A stretch of 64,000 nt of DNA, taken from positions 24,422,950 through 24,486,949 of the forward strand of contig NC_134029.1 in the NCBI RefSeq assembly GCF_964204645.1, written 5' to 3'. A model generated the notes under the pieces. It was not told the DNA's origin and made no database searches. It saw only the letters and a list, made by a program, of their open reading frames with translations. This DNA is from Tubulanus polymorphus (lineage: Eukaryota > Animalia > Nemertea). This document shows, piece by piece, positions 11,681-24,390 of the stretch (its first letter is position 1; the number at the start of each line of letters is the position of its first letter). Both the position numbers and the translations under genes were made by a program.

Positions 11681-14600
11681 ATGGCCGATAAGACAGTGTC
11701 AAAAGCTATCCCAATATCGTGTGAAACTGCAGCCGAATTGCTGCAGGAATTGTACGGACTCGACTGCGGCGCGGACTTGAAGTGTCTCGGTGGCCTTTAC
11801 GATGCTAATTTCTACCTCAAAACGACGAAAACGAGTGAAGAATTTACGCTGAAAATATTGAATTCTGAACAATCAAAACATCCGCAACAAACAGGTAAAC
11901 ATGACAAAAATGCGTCTTGAAAAATTGACATGCCTATCGAGATGATTACGGCATGAATGATCCCAGTGCCGTATTTGTATTAACATCCTGTTCTCAAGCA
12001 ATCGTTAACAGTTTTATGGTGTATGATACTGGTATGAACATCATATATCTGAATATGAATAGAAGATATAGATTTAGTACCGGCCCTAATTTAGACTTAC
12101 AAGCCATCTATATCTATATGAAATGATTACAATACCACGAATACGTTATAGAAAGAATCTCTCTACGGAATTAATAGTTAAAATTAGATTTAAAAGTGAA
12201 TTCATTTTTGACCATGCAGTCATTATAAAGAATGATCTGGTGACTAGACATAATTCGTATGAATGGAAACTGTTGACAAGGTTTTCAAAGTAGAGTCAAT
12301 ATCTTAAACTGTAATCAGTAAAACACGTAGTAAAACTAGTATTATATAATATGTATGTATGTTTGTGTATAGCGCTGTATATACTATTCAGTATTCAATT
12401 ACTGATTATGTCATTTACCAATACAACACGACATATGTGTCTAACTCGAAGCGACACTTTTTTTCCAAAAAAAACATTGACTAAAACGTTTTATATCACA
12501 TGTATTATATAATGGGATGCATTGCCGCAGGTAGATATATCAATCAATATGCCGTTCTTTCAAAATGTGAGTTTAATTCTTTTCGCAATTTGAGAATAAT
12601 GAGGGGATTGATTTACGCACACGAGGCTCGGAACAAAGACAAACAGAAAACAGAAAACGGACGCCCCGCCTCACTATACCGTACGGTGCTGCCGCTATGC
12701 TCAACACTAGCGGAATTTTCATACACTGACGTTAGCTAACTCTGGCAATCTATGTAAGTCTACTGCCAGAGTTGGCCCGTGTTAGTGTATGAAAAATCCG
12801 CTAATGATAGACATAGCGGCAGCACCGTACGGTCTAATGTATTTCTGCGTTGTCCCTCCAATACCTGCATGGGTTTGAGTGTAAAATAGATAATCAAATA
12901 AAATAAAGCAGGCGCTCAGAATTCAAGCGTTGATGTATGTTTATCAACCTATATATTGATTATAGGTAGTTATTTTCTGTACAAGTGTCATATTTATTCA
13001 TAAGATCAAAACCCATTATATACACACATACGATACCTCTTTCTCGATATATCATTGTATTAGATTTGTAAATGGTGGGTCGGTTGGATTTAGGGGGTCC
13101 GGGCCTTGGACCCCGCTAGTGGCCTCGAGGGTTGGAACCCGCTAGTGGTCTTTTACATGGCCGCTTTATCTAGAAAATGCCTTTTCATTTCTTCTGGACC
13201 CTGGCCTTCCAAATTTACCAGATCCGCTCCTGAAATGACTTTACAGTCCTTTTCTACTCCCACGATTTTTCTTATATTTTTGTTCCAGTTGCTCAAATAG
13301 AAGTCATGAAGTTTCTGATCGAAGAGAAAGATGCAGTTTTACCGCATACTTTATCAACAGTCGACGGCGATTTGTATCAAATTAGAGAAATTCCTTATGA
13401 AAGAACGACAGGTGAAAGAAAAGACACGAAGGAAAAAACAAAAGTTTAAAAATGAAATTTTACAAACGAACAACGAGGTGTCCTATTTGATCAAAATCTC
13501 CAAAATAAATTCACTATCTAATCTTAAATTTTGAAATAATGGATTATCGCATCTGACTGCGTTTGTTCTGTACCCATCAGGAGATGCGGAAAATATGAAT
13601 GAATCGATGAAAAGTGGTTTGCATCTGGTGAGGTTACAGACGTTTCTACCGGGAACAGTTTTTCACGATATTCCAGCGGAGAAAGTTCCCAGTGGATTTT
13701 ACTACCAGCTCGGTGAATCTATTGCCAATCTACAAAAATCACTTCTGGTAAAATCAACAGCCAACTCTAGTAAATGTTTGATATTAATTCAAAATGTCTA
13801 AAAGCCAATTGTACATAACGTGATTAGAATTAACTCTGGTAAAGTTATTAGTATTATGTTGTGTGCAATGAGTATCGTTTCTTTTTTCTAACGAAAGTTA
13901 TCGAATCTAAAAGCGTCATACATTCTATATTTCTATGCAGGAATGTCCGGTCAATTTACCCCGTGTTCCACTGGAGGCCGATAAATGGAATCTGATCAAC
14001 CTTCCTCGATTACGAGATTTACTTCCACACGTCAAGCATTCCGAACATAGACAAGTTCTCGACAACATAATTACAGAATTTGAAGAAATTGTTCTCCCAA
14101 ATTTACAATATATGCGTTCAGGTATGTGACCTATATGAATAGGTGTACTGACGTCTTATTGGACGTCAAATGGCAGTGAACCATGTATAGTAACCGCATG
14201 CACATGATGTCCAATATGACGCGCAGTAAAATCAACTCCATCATCTCCATACACTTTGCCTGACTCGATAACGCGCGCACCGACTTGAGAATCATGAAAA
14301 TAGATACTTCGAACAAATTTCATTAAATTTCACCGAGTAAGGAGGAGTCTGAACTGGGCCTTGGTTAATCAGGAACGGGTCCAGGGGAGGATGCAGGGGG
14401 CGCGCACCCCTCCGAAAAATATCAAGTTACCTTGAAATTTCTACACGGGAAAATTAAAGATATGGAAACTGAAATCTAAAAAGTTTACATTTATAAGCTT
14501 CTTTTTTGTATCTAAAATAGAGTTAGTTTCCCGATGAGCACCCTCACTGAGCGGCACCCTTCAATTACGTGATATGTCCTATTATGGGGTAGCATCCCTC

Positions 14601-15172
14601 CGTGAATCAGACCCCAGATCAGCCCCTGTCAATGAGGCCAGAAATCTAAACTTTCTATTCAACAATTGTTACCTCGTATAACGTTTCTATTTCATATAGA
14701 ATATAATTCAATCACTGCTTATGTCTATATTTCTATAGGAATTCTACATTGCGACTTGAACGAGAAAAACACGATCATCTCCGAGTTAAACAACGACCAG
14801 ATAAAACTCGCCTTCATTGATTATGGTGATTGCGGTCATTCGTATGTTGTATTCGACTTGGCCATCGCGCTCATGCATTTCACGTACGACAACAAGGGTC
14901 GTGATATATTTGAAATATGTCGCGAGATTTTACGCGGTTACGCTACGAATTTCTACATTACGGAGGCGGAAAAACGTGCTTTGAAGACTTGTATCTGCGC
15001 TAGATTCACTCAAGGTATTCTGATAGGATCGAGTATCTATGCGCGAGATCCGACTAAGACATCGGCCTTAGATTTCTACCGTAACGGATGGTCGGTTCTG
15101 GAGACATTCTGCGAAAGCAAAAATGATCAATTGTGGAGCGTCGGTGATCAGGACCCAGTTCCACAGTTGTGA
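11681..15172 (+). CDS. HYKK: Hydroxylysine kinase-like (APH/choline kinase fold) copy 1; exons 11681-11894, 13289-13411, 13581-13747, 13941-14121, 14739-15172
   Basis: Phase-consistent GT-AG exons; LYGL..L.G.YDANFY..LKILN N-lobe, VRLQTFLPG, WNL, catalytic HCDLNEKN, FIDYGD, FDLAIAL. Confidence 0.88.
12678..12833. mobile_element. Palindromic MITE family A, copy 1
   Basis: ACCGTACGGTGCTGCCGCTATG...CATAGCGGCAGCACCGTACGGT; fully fold-back, about 155 bp; other copies at 16216 and 24235. Confidence 0.85.
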
Positions 15173-15262
15173 GTTAGAGTTAACTCTGGGTTAAAATTAG
15201 TTCATTTTCAATTAGTTAACTCAGGTTCAAATCTTAACTCCGAACTGTGGAACTGGACCCAG
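15149..15262. mobile_element. MITE family B (CCAGTTCCACAGTT...AACTGTGGAACTGG) overlapping the HYKK1 stop codon
   Basis: TIRs; related copies near 19650-19760, 26760-26950, 27804-28188 and 46196-46243. Confidence 0.8.
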
Positions 15263-15414
15263 GAGTAACTTTTATTTTCAATTTTGTTCTTTTTTGAGGT
15301 CGGGAATTGCTAGAAACTATAACAGCTTAAACAAAAATTTGTAATTCTTAATGTTCAAAATCCTCTGTTTACTAAAAATACGGAGCCCCATAACGATGTT
15401 TTCTGACCAGTCGG

Positions 15415-15652
15415 CACTCTTTATTTCACATACACACAAATGTATTCAATAATTTTATTAATTCCAACCAACGAAAAACATAATTTAATAACGAACATAA
15501 AATGATTAATTTGTTCAGAATTACAGACAAAAAACTACATGTATAAAGTTTAATTAAACATGACCCGATTTTAAAGCGAACTCTCTCAATCCATCGCTGA
15601 GTTTTAACTGATCTGAGGTATAAATGGGCTGCGGCTATTTAATATCACGTAA
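15415..15652 (-). repeat. Diverged duplicate of the SUMO1 3' flank / putative 3' UTR (about 8069-8300)
   Basis: Collinear shared blocks tacacacaaa, tgtattcaataattttattaattcc, taatttaataacg, cataaaatgatt, cagacaaaaaactaca, tgaggtata, ggctgcgg, cacgtaa. Confidence 0.8.
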
Positions 15653-15873
15653 GAGAACTTTCCATCACATTTACTAAAAAACAATATCTGCACGAATACA
15701 CATGAATATCGAATGCAAAATCCATATGACAGCTGAACAACATTCATATTTCACCACCTGCCGTTAAACCGACCGAGACCGAAATATGACAGTGCCAGAA
15801 AAAAAAGTAAATTATGATAAATTGATGAGCGAGCATCATTAATTATTTCGAGGCTGAATGTTCTCGAATCGAA

Positions 15874-15875
<2 letters not shown>

Positions 15876-15920
<45 letters not shown>
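15876..15920. repeat. (CAG)15 microsatellite
   Basis: Perfect trinucleotide run. Confidence 0.95.
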
Positions 15921-15923
<3 letters not shown>

Positions 15924-16088
15924 CCATTAAAACAACACACAGTAGAAACAACTAACTGAACTGTAAGTACTGAAACCGAGGAACATATTGATTTCTGTGT
16001 CGACTCCTCCTGAGTCGGAGTCGATTCGACTCTCCCCGAAATTCCTTATCAATAAAATCAAATACGTTCATATATTGAATATTTGCAG

Positions 16089-17000
16089 GTTTGAAACTCG
16101 TTTGTCCATCATTATTCAAGCGACAAGAATTCGCAGCAGTTCCAACGCCACTTAAAATGATAAGTAAGTCAAAAAAAATTGCTTGAAATGACAAGCGTCC
16201 GCGCAGCCAAACTATACCGTCCGGTGCTGCCGCTATGTTTAACATCAGCGGATTTTTCATACACTAACATGAATCGACTCCGGCAACCAAGGAGAGTCGA
16301 CTGCCATGGTCAGTTTGTGTTAGTTTATACAAAATCCGCCTATGATGATCATAGCGGCAGCACCGTACGGTACCATTTGAATTTGCTACATCCTCCGTAT
16401 ACTATATACGGCTCTCGTTGCATCTTCACACATCAAGGGATTCGAACTCACTAAGTTAAAGCCATTCCCCGCACATAATAGTTCTCTTGGGTAACATTGG
16501 TTGTAGATATCAGTGAGAAAGGAATAAAATGAATTCTTGTTAGCTACTTTTACAAAACGTCCCAGAAATGAGTCGAAGTCATGATTTTTTTTAAACGCGT
16601 ATTTTCATTTTCCGACATTTCAGGTCATCTTATTAAACTATCTTTACCGATTTTGAGTGCAATAATGGGCCTTCCGTTTGGTCAATACATAGCAGAACAT
16701 GAAATAAGCCTTCATTAAGAAGAACATATAAATTAGATGGAATTCACTTTGTTGTTAACTGTTATCTTGAACGGTTATCTATAATCAATTCACAAAATGT
16801 ATTGTTACATGAAGATTCTTTGGTTCGGAAAATAAATCTCAACATTATAGAAACTATTTCTATCGGTCTGAAATTATTTATTTGATCATCTGGATTTTTC
16901 CATCGGCGGTGCAGAGTCGTTTTTAACGGGAACAGATTTTGACGATATTCCAGCGGAGTTGTCGGTGAATCTATCGTTAATCTACAGAAATCACTTCTGG
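16089..17000 (+). pseudogene. Decayed third HYKK copy (exon 2-like and exon 3-like remnants)
   Basis: 16909-17000 matches HYKK exon 3 (cgggaacag.ttt.acgatattccagcggag...cggtgaatctat...aatctaca.aaatcacttctgg) with an internal deletion; 16089-16163 is AG/GT-flanked and encodes AAVPTPLKMI versus APVPKPVKTI in HYKK2 exon 2. Confidence 0.7.
16216..16371. mobile_element. Palindromic MITE family A, copy 2
   Basis: Same TIRs as 12678-12833. Confidence 0.85.
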
Positions 17001-17953
17001 TTAAATGCATAGGGACAGAATACATTACATTCGAATAACATTAATTATAATACGTCAGAGTAGGCGGAAATAAGTTTACATTTGGCCCGGCTCAAACCTG
17101 ACGGCGCCAACCGCGTGAAAATATTAATCGCGCCTATTTTTCGTTGGTTTCCGCGGAGAAATTTGTTTTTGATAGCATTTGAAGGCTCTATTTGAGATCA
17201 AATCGATTGATTCACCTTTTATGAATGTTGCGGATCCTCATCCTAATTCTAGGCGCAGCTGTTTCATATAGGCGATCTCAAGTACATTTAGAAATAATCA
17301 TTATCGGCCCTGTTTATGTGTAGATGTCAATATATTTACATGTTTCGGTTTGTTCCCTTTGATTGTATATATTATTATATAATATATATAGAATACGATT
17401 ATAGGTAGCGACATCATTAATGAGTTTAATATAACCTAATGACAATTCAGCTAATTTCATATGGAAATCGTTCTTGTGCGAGAGAATGTCAATCTACCTG
17501 GTGAAGAGTTGATTTGGATGATACCAGAATGATTCCCTTTTATAACTACTGGATACGGCTGCACTGATCTCTGTAAGTTCCACATCAGACTGGTTTCATG
17601 CCACATACAAACGTGAAGAACCAATCTAAAGGTAACGAAGAAAAAATATTTTGTGAAGCTTAAGTTACGTAGTAATTATGGCGCAATTCATGATATGCCA
17701 GAAAGTTGCGGTAGAAAGACTAAGGAACCAGTTCCACAATACGCAATTTGTTATAGTCTAGTATTATTTGAACTTCAAAAAAGGGTCAACCTAATCGCTA
17801 CCACCCGTAGAAATATGGGCCCTTTACTGTCGGGGCTTAACACAAGTGATTTTAGATACCGGTTCATAGACTTTTATTGTAATAAGTTCCCGGTGTTATA
17901 ACTGTATCGAAGAGTCTACGTACAACGTTTAAAAGAGATTTTGAGATCGAAGC

Positions 17954-20808
17954 ATGTTTAAGAATTTAGTGTCCAGAGCTCTCCCGATATCGGCTGAAAC
18001 GGCAGCGGACTTAGCGCTGGAATTGTACGGAATAGTGGCGGTTGATGTGAATATCTTGGACGGCTACCGCGATGCGAACTTCTATATTAAATCTCAAAAC
18101 TGCGAGGAATATGTGCTGAAAATAATGAATGCTGAGCAGAGTAAAGTACCTAATCGAACTGGTAGGTCAGTCAGTCAGTCAGTCAGTCAGTCAGTCAGTC
18201 AGTCAGTCAGTCAGTCAGTCAGTCAGTCAGTCAGTCAGTCAGCCAGTCAGTCAGCCAGCCAGCCAGTCAGTCAGTCAGTCAGTCAGTCTATCAGGCAGTC
18301 AGTCAGTCTGTCCGCTTATAGTCAATCAGTCAATCAGTCACTTTACGATGACGACGACTTCTTTTTCAATTGTAGCCGCCCTGATTCAGATAATGCAGTA
18401 TTTGCGTGAAGAGAAGGCTGCACCGGTTCCAAAACCGGTGAAAACTATAGATGGGAATCTTTACGAGATCAAAGAAATAACTTACAACAAGAAGACAATT
18501 AGTAAGTTTCGGTGCGTCGGAGCACGATAGTTAGATGACTCATTTACCTGATAATGCTATTCATCTGTGCATTCGAAGCGAAAGATTTTAATTTCAAATA
18601 AAATCAGTTCACCTTTGCCAGCTCTTTTAACTTTTATCAATTCACTATATAAGAAATGAAAGTGTGTTCGGAAAAAACGAGACAAAAAAGAATCAAAACG
18701 AATTACAAAAAATACCTGCATACGAAATAAGACTTTATATGGAGACATTTGACCTGGAACTTGTGACCTAATTCTTACATAAGTTTGTGCGTTTGAAGTC
18801 CTGAAACTCGATAGCGTAATATCTACCCCAGTAACGGGACACAATTCTCACCGCACTGATTTCAAGTTATTTCACTTTGTTGCGAAGGATTCATGAAACT
18901 ACTTGTGAACGACCTGGGCTGGGTTTCATAGATGTGGAAGAAAGATAGTCCCTTGGAACATTTTGAAATTTGTCAGTTATAACCATGGTTTCTCATTGTT
19001 ACTATGGTGGTTGTCACCCAAATTGAGGATTTACCCTTAAGGATAACTTTGATACTCAGTCTATTAAACCGGGCCCAGGATTTTGAGTGCTTTAACATAA
19101 TGTTTTGCATGAATGATATATTGCTTTTCTATTGAATTTCCAATGTCTGTTTCATGGATTCAAATTTCAATGATCGCTTTGAAAATGTCTTCGTTATCTC
19201 AGATACTGATGAATCCAGTGATTCGATGAAAAGTGGTTTGCATCTGGTGAGGTTACAGACGTTTCTACCGGGAACAGTTTTTCACGATATTCCAGCGGAG
19301 AAAGTTCCCAGTGGATTTTACTACCAGCTCGGTGAATCTGTCGCTAATCTACAAAAATCACTTCTGGTAAAATCAACAGCAAACTGAAGTAAATGTTTGA
19401 TATTAATTCAAAATATCTCAATTGTGCAAAACGTGATTAGAATTAACTCGAGCCAGCTGCACAGTCCGCGTTTAGATTTAAGGCCAGTTTCGGACTTTCT
19501 AAGTTTTTAGACAATTTAACAACTTGTGAACCGTCTGAAGATTTAATACTACTTTTGGACTTTTGGAATTAAAATTACAATCGTGCAACTTGGCCCAGAT
19601 GGTTAAATACCATGGTTGCAATCACATTGCAATCACCACTGTCACTCTGGATCCAGTTCTACAGTTGCAAGTAAGAGTTAACTCCGAGTTAAAGTTAGTT
19701 CATTTTCGATGTTTTAACCCGGAGTCAAATCTTAACTTAGAACTGTGGAACTGGACCCAGGCCTGTTATCCACCAGTTATAGCTCGCAGCCACCTTTAAG
19801 CAACTGCAGTCCAAAAAGGTTTCCATTTTCTAATGCTATTTTGTCTACTATAGGAATGTCGAGTTTCTCTTCCTCAAGTTCCACTGGAAGTTGACGAATG
19901 GAATCTAACGAACCTTCCTAAACTACGCGATTTACTTCAATTCGTAAATAATGCCGAACATCGACAAGTTTTTGACAACATAATAACAGAATATGAAGAA
20001 ATTGTTCTCCCAAATCTACAGAATCTACGCGCAAGTAAGGACCGATGCTGAGCTACTTGATCCAGATACATATGAAGCCAGTTGCCCAAACGTTGTTTTA
20101 AGTTAATCAGCGGATAGTTAACATAGTGACAATAAGGGGTTTTGAGTTAATTTAGTTTTAATTCGTACATGTTCAAATATACGACGCATCAGCCGAAATG
20201 ATTCATCTCATTATAACTATTGATTTTTTAGTTCGACTAATTTATGTCATCAATCCGGTGGTTATTTCAACCAACTTTTAAGAAACTGTTTTACAGGATG
20301 ATTCACTATAGAATCTGCGCGGTTTGTGCTGTTTTTGAAATGAACAGTTTTAACCTTTACTCTTATACTCTACTATAGAGGATGTACTTTATTTTTTTCA
20401 GGTGTGATTCACGGTGATATTACAACTGAAAATGTAGTTGTCGCGGGTTTAAACAGCGAACAAACACATCTTTCCTTCATCGATTTCGACGACGCAAACG
20501 TCGCTTATTTGATATTCGACTTGGCGATCACTCTCACCTACTATACATGCTACAATAAGGGTCGTGATATCTTTGAAATATGCCGGGAGATTTTATCCGG
20601 TTACACTTCGAATTTCTACATTAGAGAAGAGGAGAAGCGCCTTTTGAAGACTTGTATCTGCGCTAGATTCGCTCAGAGTATGCTGATAGGATCGAGTATC
20701 TATGCGCAGGATCCGGCAAAGACATATGCTATAGATTCCTACCGTAATGGATGGTCAGTTCTGGAGAAATTCCGTGAAATCACGGATCTGTGGAATGCAT
20801 GTTCATAA
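17954..20808 (+). CDS. HYKK: Hydroxylysine kinase-like copy 2; exons 17954-18161, 18376-18501, 19203-19366, 19854-20034, 20402-20808
   Basis: Same 5-exon structure as copy 1; GYRDANFY, VRLQTFLPG, HGDITTEN, FIDFDD motifs. Confidence 0.88.
18167..18308. repeat. (TCAG)n microsatellite in HYKK2 intron 1
   Basis: Long tetranucleotide run starting right after the donor site. Confidence 0.95.
18914..19078. mobile_element. MITE with CTGGGC.GGTTTCA / AAACCGGGCCCAG termini
   Basis: TIRs; similar termini at 34404-34539 and 62944-63092. Confidence 0.65.
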
Positions 20809-21470
20809 GAACAGCTTTTTATCAAACGATCTTAAGAAAAATAATATTTCTAGCTTTTATCGCGTTATACTCTATAGGAGTCCACAGCCACTGTCGACCA
20901 GACTCTGCGCCATGCCGGTACACACCCCACGATAATGGCTTTTTACTAGAAATAGGTTTCCCCGTTTGCAACAAAGGAATTCCATTGAAAATTTCATTGG
21001 CTTATAGTAGTATAGACCTGAAGCGTTGTCACGGTACTGCAGCCCTGGGTTTGAAACACCAACTATAAACACATAGGTAAAAGGAAAAACGAAACATTTA
21101 TTTTCGAATTTAACCAATAAGGTAATAAAGAATCAAGTATTTCAATAAAGAATCAAGTATTTCAATAAAGAATCAAGAATTTTCGACTTCAACTTAAAGA
21201 TAATAAAGAATCAAGTAACACATACATGTAGTTAGAGAGAAGAGTTGTTGAGGAGCCGTTTCAACCCGATATCAAATCAACAAACCACGTAAGATACAGA
21301 TAGACATGAATAAGTGAAGGTTTAAATGATTGCATTAGAAATTACGTGCGAGCTTTCGCTACTGTAGAGTTGCTTCTTCGGGAAAAAGTAAGACTAAAGT
21401 CATTTTTACAAAAACAACAGTATTTGACTGCTGTGAACTGATGTTTATCTCAGTGTAGGAGTTAACGAAT

Positions 21471-21601
21471 AAAACCCATAGTTACTTCCGTAAAAACAGT
21501 TTATTGCCTTACAGTTTCCAGGTTCAAACTAAACCTGTTTTATTTGAACCTCTAAACTGTAAGGCAATAAACTGTTTTTACGGAAGTAACTGTGGGTTTT
21601 A
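21471..21601. repeat. Inverted repeat (MITE-like)
   Basis: aaaacccatagttacttccgtaaaaacagtttattgccttacagttt / aaactgtaaggcaataaactgtttttacggaagtaactgtgggtttt. Confidence 0.8.
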
Positions 21602-22073
21602 CAGGAAGGGAAATTAATCAGAGAATCATGCGGAGTGATTGCGGGTAATTACAAATTAATTCCTAAAAATGCTGCGGTTTCCTCTTGATAGACTTTACTT
21701 ATACACCTTAAGAAGCTTCTATAAGAGCAATAATTCATGATTTCTAATGAGTTAACCTGCACAGTGAATACCTGTATTCACGTCTATCTAGACACGTGTA
21801 TTTTGTCAACATATTGATATGGAATTTCGACAGCTTATGATCGGTGACGCGGTTTTACGAGCATGTCCGAGTAAAAACTGAACAGAGCTTTCGAACTTTT
21901 CTCTGTTCTTCCTCTTCAATTTGCTGCTCTTCAGCTACAACCATCGCCCAGACGGATAACATCATTGCGTAAATCGGTAACAATTTTACAATTCCACCTA
22001 CAATTGAACACGGATGACGTAGTATATCAGGGGTTGTTGAATCAATTGCAGATCACAATATCCGTGATAAAAC

Positions 22074-22287
22074 GATACGAGTAGAATCCCACAATAAATG
22101 AATTAAATGATAAAATGTTTATCTAAAACATATGAGAAATATTTCGGGTGGTTACTACCACCCTTCTTCAGTCTAAAATGACTTTTAGACTGAAGAAGGG
22201 TGGTAGTAACCACCCGAAATATTTCTCATATGTTTTAAATAAACATTTTATCATTTAATTCATTTATTGTGGGATTTTACTCATATC
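22074..22287. mobile_element. Near-perfect 105-bp-arm hairpin, Penelope-like inverted terminal repeat with hammerhead core
   Basis: Arms 22074-22178 and 22183-22287 with about 3 mismatches and a 4-nt loop; CTGAAGA-A-GGGTGGT-AGTA-ACCACCC-GAAA-TATT; 13-bp direct repeat atatcaggggttg at 22024 and 22283. Confidence 0.75.
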
Positions 22288-24234
22288 AGGGGTTGGTTTG
22301 GAACTGGTGCATACTTACAGCTTGGAGGAGTAAGATTCGCCCTAAAACCGGTGAATGTGACTATAATGTTTTGGAAAAACCTCCCCTGATTCTGAGATTC
22401 ACAGTCCTAATGCTACCGGAGTAAAGCCCAGTTTACAAAGTATTTATCAATGATTTACACAGTTGAATACACGCGGTTCTGTTTGAGACGAAACTCGCTT
22501 ATTACGATAGTTTCCATCATCTGGGCTAAGATATTTATATCAATGAAGCTTTGGATAATACGAAACCCGTTTAAAACGACAATTTCACTTTTGCCCAAAT
22601 GATTCGTATATCAACGGGGTTCCATTACATAAAATGGATCCAGCCACCAAAAAAGACTTCATCAAATCTAGTAACCTATAGTTTGGTAGTTTAGGGAGTT
22701 AATTTAGTTTTAATTCGTACATGTTCAAATATACGACACATCAGCCGAAATGATACATCTCATTATAAATATTGATTTTTTAGTTCGACTAATTTTCATG
22801 TCATCATTTTTTTGTCATCATCATGCTATTTATAAACACCCATGCAATCAAACTGTTTACTTACTAATCATTTTGACCGAATGAACGACTGCGAAACCTC
22901 CGAACTGTTAAAAAATTCGTCTGAAAATGTTAGATATTAAAAAGATATAGATATATGATAATGATATATAATATGAAATATATACCTCGATAAATTTTGC
23001 TTGAAAAAGACGGGTAGGCGAAATCTCAATGAACAATGGAAACTTATTAATTAAAGTCCCACAATCGGAAAGCCGAAAGGTTATGTCACATAGTTCTTAA
23101 ACATTCGATACATAAAATATTTTCTATTTCCTTGAAAATGGTTAGTGGGAAACCGAAAAATCGATATTTCATAGTAAATTTTAGCATTTCGATATCTCAA
23201 CTCTGATTGTGAGATTTGGATTTTTATGTTTTAATTATTGAGAGATTTCGCCGTTTATTGAAGCAGTAGTGACATTCCCTACCTTGTAGTAATTAAGATT
23301 CTTTTCAACGTCTGATATTTCAGGGATAAAAGATTCAGCTAAAAGATAATCGCTTCGCAAATTAGGAAATGTTTGAGTTAACTAATTCTAAATACCATGG
23401 CGCTATACTAAAGCGATCCACCAGCCTGGTGGTAATAGCCGCTGTACGCATCCCTTACCTCTACTATTAGATCCCTTCAATGCGTATTGCAATATGAAGG
23501 GTTCAAAATACGACACGTTTAATGTGAAAATTATATGCGAAAAATATTTGTTTTACCGAAAAAAACTCCATTTTGGGGGAATAAACATCTGTCTGAGCGC
23601 GACAGGTGTCTGAAATATGAAACCAATTGAGGCAATAGTCTGTGCAGTTTCTGATCCTCGCCGACTGAAATTATGCTTGTTTTCTGTCATTTGAAACCGA
23701 ATTGTGACAAATAATCGATATAAGAACACGTCAGACCACTGTAATTCGTTCGACGTTTGACCATATGTCATCAATCCATGTACCGGTATATGTATTTTAG
23801 AACTTTCCTTAAAATCCCTAAAGAAAAATCTTCCTATCTTAGATATCATAGAGGTCCTAATACTCTATTCCAGAACAAGTCATTCTTAAACAAGCTTTTC
23901 ATTTCATTCCCCTTTTAAGCTACTCAATGTTAGGTTTTAGAATATAGTGATCTTACAGCAGGTTTATCTCAACACCAGTTCTTATGTGGAGTTTCGACTC
24001 GATTTAATGAGTTCTCAAATTGTAAATGAATTCGTTAATTTAAACCTGTTGAACTCCGAATCAAGGTGATATCATATAGACTATTAAACTATAGTCGTAT
24101 ATGTTACCACGCATTAATCTTATATTATACGTTTATTTGTCTGTTATAATGTGTTATTTTTTCATTGACAAATGATGTGTTTAGTAATTATAAACATTTG
24201 AACGCTCCACCCAAAAATAAGAATATACAACTGT

Positions 24235-24390
24235 ACCGTACGGTGCTGACGCTATGCTCATCGTTAGCGGATCTTTCATACACCAATATTAGCCACCCCT
24301 GGTAGTTGAGTCATATCGAATGCCAGAGTCGATTCGTGTTAGTGTATGAAAAATCCGCTAACGATGAGCATAGCGGCAGCACCATACGGT
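24235..24390. mobile_element. Palindromic MITE family A, copy 3
   Basis: Same TIRs as 12678-12833. Confidence 0.85.

Noticed and set aside
15751-15951. Poly-Ala ORF resembling a signal peptide
   Set aside because: Antisense translation of (CAG)15; no other support
18129-18530. ORFs with SQSV repeats
   Set aside because: Read-through of the (TCAG)n microsatellite in HYKK2 intron 1; real exons are defined by splice sites
21855-21997. Apparent neuropeptide or toxin precursor (hydrophobic stretch, acidic spacer, basic site, C-x6-C peptide CSVFTRTC)
   Set aside because: Upstream in-phase exons make the hydrophobic stretch internal rather than a signal peptide; kept only as part of the CUB-like model
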